Shown in pieces: positions 39,080 through 49,000 of a DNA stretch of 64,000 nt (positions within the stretch are counted from its first letter, which is position 1; each line of letters starts with the position of its first letter). The stretch covers positions 1-64,000 of IMG/VR virus record IMGVR_UViG_3300042350_003822. One strand, written 5' to 3'. Origin of the DNA: a virus. Position numbers and translations under genes: made by a program. The notes under the pieces are model-generated. The model saw only the letters and a program-made list of their open reading frames with translations, was not told the origin of the DNA and made no database searches.

Positions 39080-39784
39080 TTATGGTTCTTCGCCAGATTG
39101 AGTTGTTGATGATGCAGACAATTGCATTGTAGCAGAAGCAAGAACGGTCGATGTATCTGAAGTAAGAGCTAATTGTAGAGTAAAACTAAATATTTTACTT
39201 CTTGAACGTTGGGATGAGTTTGATGCCGCTGTTACACTCCAAAGACGATTGGAAGACATGGATAACCACGTATTTGTTGCAGCGCTGCCGGCATCGGGTG
39301 TTCCACTTATAGGAACTGCTTGACATGACCACAGAGAAACATCGCCGCCTGCTGACAACCAATTTTGGACAGCTATGTATCCAGAAGTGCCTGAAGGGTT
39401 GGCATAGTCAGTGCCGTCGATAATCATTGTGTTATCGTCGCCGTTAGCATTAGCTAGCCCATACAATGCTCTATCATTTCTAATCTCTAGGGCTGTAAGA
39501 GCAGAACAAGCTACGTCATTATATGCCAATGCTGTAGCAGAAAGAGTGTGTGCGCTTAGGGATGCAGTTCCACTCGGGCTCGGTACAACAAACCCATTAA
39601 ACTGACTTAGTTGTAGTGGATCGCCGCCAGTACCTGCACCAATCGCATTAAATGGAGATGTCGCGGGCACAATTCCTCCGCCTTGTCTATATGCAAAGAA
39701 GCTAGTAGATAAACCATATCCCTCGGCATTGAATGCCGTTCTCACAGAACTAAAACTTGCGGGGTTTGAAATAGTTGTTGCCAC
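39080..39784 (-). CDS. Hypothetical virion protein, candidate fibre-tip adhesin
   Basis: Directly downstream of the S74-bearing collagen fibre; Ser/Ala-rich beta protein with several Trp. Confidence 0.5.
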   Translation of the reverse strand: MATTISNPASFSSVRTAFNAEGYGLSTSFFAYRQGGGIVPATSPFNAIGAGTGGDPLQLSQFNGFVVPSPSGTASLSAHTLSATALAYNDVACSALTALEIRNDRALYGLANANGDDNTMIIDGTDYANPSGTSGYIAVQNWLSAGGDVSLWSCQAVPISGTPDAGSAATNTWLSMSSNRLWSVTAASNSSQRSRSKIFSFTLQLALTSDTSTVLASATMQLSASSTTQSGEEP

Positions 39785-41373
39785 TATTTGTTCTCCAGCG
39801 CATCAACTTTAACACTCAACTCTTTAACCGCTTCAATAAGAACAGCAACCAGTCTTGCATATGCAACCATCTTATAATCGCCGTCCGCGCTTATTGCAAT
39901 AAGCTCTGGCAACTGCTTTTCGACTTGTTGAGCAAGAACCCCTAGTTCAACTCTATCTGCACTGTATCCGAAGAGTTCCTGACCAAGCTCGTTCCAGGTA
40001 TACTTAATACCGTCTAAACCATTAATAATCTCTAGAGCGTTATCGATCTTACCTATAACATCTTTTAGTGTAGCATCAGAGGCAATAACAAAGTCAGCAG
40101 CCTGCATATTACCAACAGCTGTAAGGTTTCCACCTGTTGTCAGAGATGCGGTACTTGCAAATCCTGTTTGGTTACGAAATTGAATAGTTCCTGTGTGATC
40201 GACATAGTTTATACCAGAAGCACTCAAATTTATTTCACCGGTAGCGGTAATAGTTCCGAACGTGACATCGCTACCTACGTTCAGAGTTTGATTTGCACCA
40301 GGACCAGCCGAACCGGTAAATCCTATTGGACCTTGGGCACCTTGGGGTCCCTGAGGACCGGCTGGTCCTTGGGCGCCCTGCGCACCTTGTGCTCCTTGTG
40401 CTCCTAGGGAACCAGTAAATCCAGTTGGTCCTTGAGCCCCCTGAGGACCTTGAGCCCCCTGAAGACCTTGAGCCCCCTGAGGACCTTGGGGACCAAGTGA
40501 TCCCGTATCCCCACGTGATCCTGTAAAGCCAATGGGGCCCTGTGCACCCTGAGGACCGGGTGGTCCTTGAATACCTTGGGCACCTTGTGGTCCCTGTGCA
40601 CCAGTAGAACCTTGCGATCCTGTAAACCCAACGGGGCCCTGAGGGCCGGGTGGGCCTGCGGATCCTTGAGGACCTTGAATACCCTGGGGACCCTGTGCAC
40701 CAGTAGAACCTTGTGATCCAGTAAAGCCAATGGGGCCTTGAGGACCCTGAGGACCGGCTGGTCCTTGAATACCTTGAGCACCTTGTGGTCCTTGCGATCC
40801 TTGTGTCCCTTGAGGACCCACTGAACCTGTGAAGCCAATCGGGCCTTGTGGTCCTTGAGCACCTACAGATCCGGTAAAGCCAACAGATCCTTGAGGACCG
40901 GTAGAACCTTGTAGTCCTTGCGGTCCTTGTGCACCTAGGGAACCAGTAAATCCTGTAGTACCGCGCGATCCAGTAAATCCTATAGGACCCTGAGGTCCAG
41001 TGGGCCCAACTGCTGTCGATGCCGATCCTGTAAAACCTGTTGATCCTTGAGGGCCTGTTGGACCAACTGATCCTGTAAAACCTGTTTCCCCCTGAGCGCC
41101 TACAGGACCCACATATGTGGTCCAATATAGACCAGCAGCATTAGAAGCCAGAACCTGGCCGACTGTTCCAATTTCCCCATTAGCAACGATACCGCCGCTA
41201 AAGATAGCATTGCCCGATACGTTGACAGCAGCGGCAGTGATCGTGTTAGTAACGCTAAGGTTTGCCCCTACCGCTACGTTTGCAGTCATAGAAACATCAT
41301 GCCCGAAGATCGAGTTGGTGCCGGCACCGACAACAGCAATACCATTTTCTACTTTAAATCTTGTATTAGCCAT
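39784..41373 (-). CDS. Collagen-like fibre (529 aa) with C-terminal S74 chaperone
   Basis: About 89 Gly-X-Y triplets; SD.TLK...[30 protein letters not shown]. Confidence 0.88.
   Translation of the reverse strand: MANTRFKVENGIAVVGAGTNSIFGHDVSMTANVAVGANLSVTNTITAAAVNVSGNAIFSGGIVANGEIGTVGQVLASNAAGLYWTTYVGPVGAQGETGFTGSVGPTGPQGSTGFTGSASTAVGPTGPQGPIGFTGSRGTTGFTGSLGAQGPQGLQGSTGPQGSVGFTGSVGAQGPQGPIGFTGSVGPQGTQGSQGPQGAQGIQGPAGPQGPQGPIGFTGSQGSTGAQGPQGIQGPQGSAGPPGPQGPVGFTGSQGSTGAQGPQGAQGIQGPPGPQGAQGPIGFTGSRGDTGSLGPQGPQGAQGLQGAQGPQGAQGPTGFTGSLGAQGAQGAQGAQGPAGPQGPQGAQGPIGFTGSAGPGANQTLNVGSDVTFGTITATGEINLSASGINYVDHTGTIQFRNQTGFASTASLTTGGNLTAVGNMQAADFVIASDATLKDVIGKIDNALEIINGLDGIKYTWNELGQELFGYSADRVELGVLAQQVEKQLPELIAISADGDYKMVAYARLVAVLIEAVKELSVKVDALENK
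40300..41109 (-). repeat. Long collagen Gly-X-Y repeat (GPQ, GAQ, GFTGS)
   Basis: Continuous triplets with one short interruption (GSASTAVG). Confidence 0.92.
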
Positions 41374-41384
41374 TTGTTCCTACT

Positions 41385-43619
41385 TTACTTAATCAGATGT
41401 GCAACAATTTTGACCGCTGTGTTGTTCACTAGCTGAGCCATTGTAATTTCGACGTTTGCGTTATTGACTGCTGCGGTGAATGTACCGAGAGGAGCTGTTG
41501 TGTTTGCCCCACCTGAGGCTGGAGGAGAAGCCACAACGCCATAGACAGCAACATATGCGTTCGTACCGTCATGAGCGACAACCATTTCAGCAATCTGGTT
41601 GTTACCAGCATTTGTTGCTTGAACCATCAGCTTACCTGTTCTGTAAGTAGTCTTAGGGAAGCTATAGATTAGCCTTGGGGACGCTGTTGATCCGATATCG
41701 CCATTAGCAACTACATCAATGACATAGTCTGTGTTGATTGTTACATTACCACCAACCGAAACGTTACCTACGAGGTTTGATGTGGATCCTACTCTTAATG
41801 TTGTACCCACATTAGCTGAACCAGCAACGTTGGCAAAACCACCGATAGTAGCATTCGTACCAACAGTAAGAGTGGTTCCTACGTTTGCGTATGACGAAGC
41901 ATCCACAAACCCTGTAATTGTTGTGTTGCCTGTTGCAAGTGTATTAGCAATTGTAACAGCACCATTAACTGCTAGAGTGCTCCTTAGATTAGTAGCTCCT
42001 CCAACGTTAGCTGTGGATGATACATTAATGAAACCAGTGACTGTTGTGTTACCAAGTGAAGCGGTGTTAGCCACAATCAGCTGACCGTTTGCTACAACAT
42101 TAGCCCGGAAGGATGCCACACCACCAACGTTTGCTGTGCTCGTTACATTAATAAATCCACCTATTGACGCATCGGTACCAACACCCAGTGTAGTTCCTAC
42201 GTTTGCTGTAGCCGATATATTAATGAAACCTGTAACAGATGTATTGCCAGTCGCGAGCGTATTGGCAATTGTAACGGCACCATTAACCGCTAGTGTGCTT
42301 CTTAGATTTGTTGCCCCACCAACATTAGCTGTGGACGACACATTAATGAAACCAGTGACTGTTGTGTTACCAAGTGAAGCAGTATTAGCTACCGTGAGCT
42401 GACCGTTTGCTACGACATCAGAACGGAAGGATGCAATGCCACCAACATTAGCTGTGGATGATACGTTGATAAAGCCTGTAACGGTTGAGTTGCCAACACT
42501 AATTGTGTTGGCTACCGTGAGCTGACCGTTTGCTACGACATCAGAACGGAAATTAGCAACGCCGCCGACATTAGCTGTAGACGATACGTTGATGAAGCCC
42601 GTGAGTGTAGTGTTACCCCCGGCAATCGTTGTTCCCACCTGCAAAGAACCAGCAACGTTTGCAGAAGATGAAACGTTAATAAAGCCCGTTACGGTAGTGT
42701 TACCTGTTGCAAGCGTATTAGCAATTGTTGTTGCGCCGTTTGCAATAAACGTCCCACCTACACGAGCGTTGCTCGATACGTTTGCTGTTCCTGTAACACC
42801 AACCGTAGCATCGGGGGCAGTCGTTCCCACACCAAGTCTGTTATTAGTTGCATCTACAAATACAGTGCCTGAGTCAAAGTTAACATTACCGGCGATTGTG
42901 TGCACGCCAGTGCCTGTAAAATTGACATTACCAGAAACGTTTGCAGTTCCCACAACAGCAAGCGATGCATCCGGAGTAATAGTATTAACCCCTACTCTAT
43001 TGTTGGTTGCATCTACAAATACTGTACCTGAGTCGAAGTTAACGTTACCGGCGATTGTGTGACTAATGCCCGAGATAGTAACGTTAGCAGACATGACAGC
43101 ATTAGCCGTGATCGTCACTAAATTGCCCGCAAGTGTCGTGTTGGATGTTGTTCCGTTACCACTGATGGCAAGCACTGTAATGTTAGAGTTAGACTTGAAT
43201 GACTGAGTGTTCGATGTCACAGTAACAACTGTCGCATTTGCAATGACATTAGATGTAATGTTCAATTGCGTGCCGTTGATGAAAACGTTTGCGCCAGTAG
43301 CTGCAATGTTGGCTGTGAAGGTAGTGTTAGAAGCAACGTTTACCGAAGCTCCTGTGAATAAAGCATTGGAAGTAATGTTTAGATTAGCCGCAGTGCCTGT
43401 GTTTCCCCCACGAAGCGCGGTTTCCGCCACAAGTGTGTTTGCAGTAAAGCCACCGTATAGTCTCGCATTACGCTGAGCTGCTGTTGTACCCGTATTCGCA
43501 AAGGTAGCATTAGCAGTGATTACTTCTGTCGATAAGGCATCAAGCAACTGGTTGGTACGGATGACCCACGTACCAAACGTTTCTGTAGTTGTGTCAACAT
43601 TAGCTACATATCTAGCCAT
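41385..43619 (-). CDS. Repetitive fibre / structural protein (744 aa)
   Basis: N-terminal TF..W...TNQL baseplate-attachment-like motif; repeated GNTTVTGFINVSSTANVGG units. Confidence 0.78.
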   Translation of the reverse strand: MARYVANVDTTTETFGTWVIRTNQLLDALSTEVITANATFANTGTTAAQRNARLYGGFTANTLVAETALRGGNTGTAANLNITSNALFTGASVNVASNTTFTANIAATGANVFINGTQLNITSNVIANATVVTVTSNTQSFKSNSNITVLAISGNGTTSNTTLAGNLVTITANAVMSANVTISGISHTIAGNVNFDSGTVFVDATNNRVGVNTITPDASLAVVGTANVSGNVNFTGTGVHTIAGNVNFDSGTVFVDATNNRLGVGTTAPDATVGVTGTANVSSNARVGGTFIANGATTIANTLATGNTTVTGFINVSSSANVAGSLQVGTTIAGGNTTLTGFINVSSTANVGGVANFRSDVVANGQLTVANTISVGNSTVTGFINVSSTANVGGIASFRSDVVANGQLTVANTASLGNTTVTGFINVSSTANVGGATNLRSTLAVNGAVTIANTLATGNTSVTGFINISATANVGTTLGVGTDASIGGFINVTSTANVGGVASFRANVVANGQLIVANTASLGNTTVTGFINVSSTANVGGATNLRSTLAVNGAVTIANTLATGNTTITGFVDASSYANVGTTLTVGTNATIGGFANVAGSANVGTTLRVGSTSNLVGNVSVGGNVTINTDYVIDVVANGDIGSTASPRLIYSFPKTTYRTGKLMVQATNAGNNQIAEMVVAHDGTNAYVAVYGVVASPPASGGANTTAPLGTFTAAVNNANVEITMAQLVNNTAVKIVAHLIK
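41900..42710 (-). repeat. Imperfect ~28-34 aa tandem repeats (GNTTVTGFINVSSTANVGG...)
   Basis: About 8 copies visible in translation, with recognisable DNA-level duplication. Confidence 0.8.
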
Positions 43620-43620
43620 C

Positions 43621-43803
43621 TTAATTCCTGTTAATTACTTGAGCCAAAAGGGCTTTGATTTGTGTTAGCTCATCTTTGAGGGTGTTTACTTCCTCCGAAA
43701 TTTGTCGAGACCTTTTGTCAGACTCACGTTGCCCGACAATAGCCTTATAGTAGCTATCATCAGTATTTATAATGATACCACGTGAGTCTCTGACATAAGA
43801 CAT
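43621..43803 (-). CDS. Small protein (60 aa) with C-terminal coiled coil
   Basis: VRD....IINTD...Y, LKDEL..IK.LL; coupled to both neighbours. Confidence 0.7.
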   Translation of the reverse strand: MSYVRDSRGIIINTDDSYYKAIVGQRESDKRSRQISEEVNTLKDELTQIKALLAQVINRN

Positions 43804-45968
43804 TATGCAGACACTCCGATAACCGAAATCTGATCAATTTTAGGAGCAAGATAAGTGTTATCTCCTAGAAAGACAATCTTAACCTGCATAGCATTAAATT
43901 TATCAAACGTTACAAGTGAAGAATTGTAGTAGCGACACACATTGTCATTAGTGATGTTGTTGAAAGCGGCGTTGTAGTACTTCAATCTATCGACTTTAAA
44001 TCCTGTTCCAACAACATTGTTATTAGATACAGCTGTCTCGAGTTGAATAGCACTAGAGTTAACTACCGAAACTACATCTACAATATAGTCCTCAGGAATC
44101 AGAGGGTTGTAGAGTTTAACAACATCACCCGCAGCGAGATAACTCGACGGGTTGACGCCCGCTGCAACAAGAGTATTGCTGGTCAGGGTAGTCGTGAATG
44201 TTCCAGGAAGAACGTTTGCACTATCTGAATAAAGAGGTAAGCCAAGCTCGTATTCAACATAATCCGACTCATCATCTTTTGAGCTGAACCGTTCAGCGTT
44301 CTCTTTATATTGAAGAGGAGACCAGGCGCGATCATCAAAGGCATCCGGATCAGCTGAGTTGTGAACACGAGCGTATACCAGGATGTCTGTGTTGGCGGGT
44401 CTGTAGGCGGTCATGTAGACACGAACATCTTCTGCGAATCTATTATTAGCAAACGATACCTTAGTGGTAATGTGCTTGCTTTCCGCATTGTAAGGACCTC
44501 CAACTTCTGAATCAATTACAACGCTGTTTGCGTCAGTAGTAGTATATGTGTTCGAGATCAAATTAGTGATAACAAACATATCTAGCTGGGATTGATCCAT
44601 AGAAGGAGCAACATAGAGCTCTACGTTCGACGCATTAACCGTCAACGTTGTGTTAGCAACTACCGAAGGTCTATTGATACGGTTGCCACCCCCATCCAGC
44701 GGATCTGACTCAGGTAAGTTCGAGTTATCAATTTCCAGCGAGCGAGATTGAATAAACGCATCATATTGATTGATGTTGCGTATGAGACTCTCGTTGAGAC
44801 CTACCTTAATTTGGTTGTTGTATGTAAACAAGAAAGATGCACCAGACTTATACGCAAAGGTCAATCTCTTATCAATTACGCCCTTCGAAGGCAACGTAAG
44901 ATCGGTGTTGAGTTTTATGCGGTCGGCTGAAATGCTATCTACAGAGGATATCTTACAGTTGGCAAGAGAATCTTCTCCATAGAGAAGATTGTTGTTTGCT
45001 TGGAATTTAAATGCTGTGTTGGCAGCATTGGAACCCTTGAGATATAGCTTTCTACGAGTAGAGCTGTAATAGTGAACCTGGCCAACAGGCGGCTTCATCC
45101 AATTGGTGCCTGTATTAGAATGCACAATTGTAGATGTGGTTTCAAGATAGGATGTGTTAACAACGTTAAGAACTTCCACCACATCTTTGTAGGATGAATT
45201 AGACCACAACACCAGCTGGTCGCCGGCAACCACACCTGCAGTATTAAAATCAGCACCACCAGAGGTTGTAGATCTCAGAGCGGTGGTTCCTGCTGTAAAC
45301 TGTACGTTACCAGAGGAGTTAGCTACTTGTTGGAATACATATTCGCCTCCAACAAATCTTCCATTTGTATTGGTAATGGTAAAGAATTCATAGTTGTTGG
45401 GGATATAAACTTCTGTAACCGTGTTAGCTACATATTGAGCGCATTTAAGAGCAAACTTAAGATCCGAGTCAGACTGAGGTCTATACGAACCTGCGTTGGT
45501 TGATAGATATAGCTTACCATCTTTAACTAAGTTAGATCCAGGCGAAGCATTGTTGGTTCCAATTAGCTTGTCCCCCAGTCTGTTAGTCCAAAGCTCGAAT
45601 GCAGGGTCCTCAAACGTTATGACAATACCATAAAACCGACCGGTCGGAACAATTAGTGGCTTGTTAAAACCAAAAGTAACAGAGCTAGACGCATCGCTAA
45701 ATCCTGGAGCAATTTCGTTATATGACTTAATGGCATACACACCCGAAAATACCTTCGAAAGATCGGGGTCATTCTCAGTGAGCTCACATATACGCACGAT
45801 GACGCTAGGGTTTGCTTTACCAGTAACACCAGGAACGGTGAACAGAGGCTTAAAGAATAAATCAACAGACGTCAGCGTTACCGTACCGCTGTTGTTAACG
45901 ATATCCGGATCTGCATAAAACGTCTGAATCATGCTAAAATTTGTAATAGTTTCAAATGAGTTATTCAT
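43803..45968 (-). CDS. Virion structural protein resembling the C-terminal part of VrlC/DUF4815-like proteins
   Basis: QTFY, LTSVDLFF, DLKF.L..A.Y, SKHITTKV, EDVRVY.TAYRP, EYE, P.I......VSA. Confidence 0.7.
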   Translation of the reverse strand: MNNSFETITNFSMIQTFYADPDIVNNSGTVTLTSVDLFFKPLFTVPGVTGKANPSVIVRICELTENDPDLSKVFSGVYAIKSYNEIAPGFSDASSSVTFGFNKPLIVPTGRFYGIVITFEDPAFELWTNRLGDKLIGTNNASPGSNLVKDGKLYLSTNAGSYRPQSDSDLKFALKCAQYVANTVTEVYIPNNYEFFTITNTNGRFVGGEYVFQQVANSSGNVQFTAGTTALRSTTSGGADFNTAGVVAGDQLVLWSNSSYKDVVEVLNVVNTSYLETTSTIVHSNTGTNWMKPPVGQVHYYSSTRRKLYLKGSNAANTAFKFQANNNLLYGEDSLANCKISSVDSISADRIKLNTDLTLPSKGVIDKRLTFAYKSGASFLFTYNNQIKVGLNESLIRNINQYDAFIQSRSLEIDNSNLPESDPLDGGGNRINRPSVVANTTLTVNASNVELYVAPSMDQSQLDMFVITNLISNTYTTTDANSVVIDSEVGGPYNAESKHITTKVSFANNRFAEDVRVYMTAYRPANTDILVYARVHNSADPDAFDDRAWSPLQYKENAERFSSKDDESDYVEYELGLPLYSDSANVLPGTFTTTLTSNTLVAAGVNPSSYLAAGDVVKLYNPLIPEDYIVDVVSVVNSSAIQLETAVSNNNVVGTGFKVDRLKYYNAAFNNITNDNVCRYYNSSLVTFDKFNAMQVKIVFLGDNTYLAPKIDQISVIGVSA

Positions 45969-45996
45969 TAGAATCCTCTGTCTCTGTCTGCTTCGT

Positions 45997-46004
45997 TATT
46001 TATC
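45997..46004 (-). promoter_or_regulatory. Probable late promoter (GATAAATA)
   Basis: Box in the 46-nt gap between the two VrlC-like genes. Confidence 0.6.
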
Positions 46005-46014
46005 GTGTTTTGTA

Positions 46015-49000
46015 TCATACTTCTTTTACATTGTCTTGAGATAGAAAATCACGACCTCCCCCAACAGTAACACGATCCGTCAGTACCGTTTCTCCTCCTG
46101 GGCCTCCAAAAGATGGAATTGCTGCTGGTTGAGGTGGTGCGTTGAACACTCTCTTAATATAGTTCTTAACCTGAATCACAGAATCTGAGAACGATGAGGC
46201 GTCTGTATTAACGACTCTCACAGCCTTACTTGCTACAACCATTTCTGTTGCAGCCGCTGCTTCGGAGGTAACATCGACCGATTGGATTGCAGGGAAATAA
46301 TAATAGATGAACTCGAGGTCACCATTGCTATCTGATTGCAGACCTCCACCGAGGATTCTACCAACTTGCTTACAAGAGGCGCTCTTATCCGTTCCCTCAA
46401 TGAAGAACTTATGGTCGGTGTTAGGTCTCAGACCAGTCACTCGAATCTCAAATGCTTGCTCGCTAGCAATCACCCCAGGATCGCTTGGGTTGATACCCGG
46501 ACTTCCTGGGTTGAAGCCAGAGAAGTTGAAGTTAATAGGAGACATAGCAGGAGCGCCAATGAAGCCCCACGATCCGCTCCAATAAGACATATCGAAGTTG
46601 ATTGTAGGAGAAAACCCGTTAACATAATCCTGCTGCGATTCTAGCACATCGGCAGGATAATATAGCTTGAAGCCATACGTGCCGCTCTTACCTTGACCAC
46701 CAAACAGACCACCATGCTTCTTGCCCTTATAGACACGAATCATGTAATAGCGGCCAGCGTCTGGGTTGTGATTCCAGAGCAGTTTAAGCTGATCTTCGTG
46801 CCAAACACTTGTTCCCGTAAAGTAGTAACCCTTAGTGTCAAGCGAGCCTGGATGCTCAATGCTTCGGCCGCCATTCAGTACTCTTAGACCGTTAGAATCA
46901 ATATCCGGGGTAGTAATAGCCTGAGCATCTGAACCAGAATTTCTGACAACATTTGTAAACGGCCCATTTTCTGTTTGGCTCTGGTAAACAATAACACCAA
47001 TGTTGTTGTCTCTGCTATTGATATAGAACTGAGCCGTACCTGCGGATTCACTGAATGTGTAAAAATATTCATCATAGAAAACACCGCTGTCGGAATTCAG
47101 CGTATTCTTCTCGCTCTCAATAACCGAGATAGTTTTCGTCACTGTCGCCGAGGCTGTGTTTTGCTGTACAACAGGTGTTATAACAATAGTGCCTGTTAAT
47201 GTATTTGTTATGCCAAGGTCCGGTGCGACCGCATCCGGCTGTACAATAGGACCGTTGGTTGCATCTGGTTGAGACAGGAACGACTTCTCAATATATGGAA
47301 GGGAAACATTTGTGCCTCCGCTAACAGGTGAAAGCGGTAAATTAATTTCTTCCACTTTTGGTGAAAGGAATCCATCAACAATAGCTGCATTATATTGTGG
47401 GTTTGATGTCTCAGCATAGCTGTAATTATTGAAGCCATCAACGAAGAAGCCAAATTTGAATCTATCAATATTAGAGTTGGCAGAGCTTGGAATAACTTTC
47501 TTTTGGGTTTGAGCCTCAACAAGAGTGTAGGCTACATAACGTTCAAGAGTCTGTATTCTTCTATCCAATGCACCAATATCAACCATGGTATAACCACGAG
47601 GCTGTTCGATGGTGCGCTGTGCATCGTTGAATGGAGCTTCTACACGATATGCAAGCATTCTACGATTGCTATATGTTTCATTAGCGATCTTGTTGTTGAA
47701 GAAAGCTACTGTGCCGGCTGACAGTCTCTTAGGATGAGAAGGATAGGGAGCAATTTGCAAAAGATTGATTGTCATTGCGTCTGAAGGCGCAGCTGGTGCA
47801 TCGGCAGACCCAGGGGTGCCCTTCATGATGCTAAAGTTACCTTGCTCATCAATGATCACACGATCGGTGCGGCCGAGATAGTATTCAACAATACCTGTCA
47901 GGTTTGAGTCAGGAGCAGGGAACTTCTTATCTGTTGTTCCAAACTTATCCGCTGTTGCCTTTTCCTCTGGGTTGATAGGAGCAGAGGCCACGGACGCGAG
48001 TACCACGGGCGTTGCGTTAGCTACAGAGACAGGGCGGAAGTCGAACTGATCACGCAGATCGTAGTATTCCCCCTTTGTACCATACACTTCAGGGATTTCC
48101 ATTGTGTTAATAGTAGAAGATGATGAAGCTAGAGCAAGAGTATCATTAATTTGATATGAACCGGCGGAACCAGGAGCCTTTAGTCCTTCACCAGAGCTGG
48201 TGAAGTGATCAAACTTGACCAAAAGGAAGTTAGATGTGGTGATGGCTGTGTTAGCGTCCGTCTTTCTATAGAGATAAGACATATCATAGAAGTTTTCGTT
48301 CTGATTGTGGTCAATGTAGTATTCATTTGTTATATCTTGAACACCAGCCTCTGTCGGCGTGAATGAAGCGTTAGAAGCAAGGAACACACCCTTAAGATGG
48401 AAGATATCAGGAACACCAAGAGCCCATGGTCCAGTATTCGTCGTAGCGTTGTTGGAAAGCTGTAGACGGATGAATTTGTCGCGGTTAACTGTCTTTACTA
48501 TCGGTGTTGTTCCTGACGAACGAACGTTGTATGCAATAGAGACCTTCGTGGCAACATTAACTGATGAACCCAGGTTGACTACTAGATTGTTTGCGTTGGC
48601 GTCAACATTGGCTGATCTTCCAGCTCTGAGAGAGATTGGAACATACTGAGGGAAATACATTACTGTATTGCCGTTAGTAACCGCCGATGATGGATTAGCT
48701 GTTGTTGTCATAATTGTGGTATTGACAACAGTTGCAATCTGAACAATTGTTGAGTGCGAAGCGTTTGCAATCTTAACGAAGTCACCCGCTTCGAAAACTG
48801 AAGTGAAAGACGTGCTCGAACCACCGGTAATGGTAGTGCTACCAGCAGTACAGTTTACCGTACCAGCTGCATTCGCCGCAAACTGAACATTGGCCATAGG
48901 AGCGACAATCAGATCTTGCTCCTGAGCTGGTGACAGAGTGGCCCCAGCTGTATATGGGAACGTTTCATTGCCTGTCGCAGCAACTGTAATAGTACCACCA

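Noticed and set aside
40168-41125. Long alternative-frame ORFs (284 aa, 152 aa, 79 aa) over the collagen gene; likewise 28469-28844 and 30641-30913
   Set aside because: By-products of the stop-poor Gly-X-Y repeat; no RBS or domain signal
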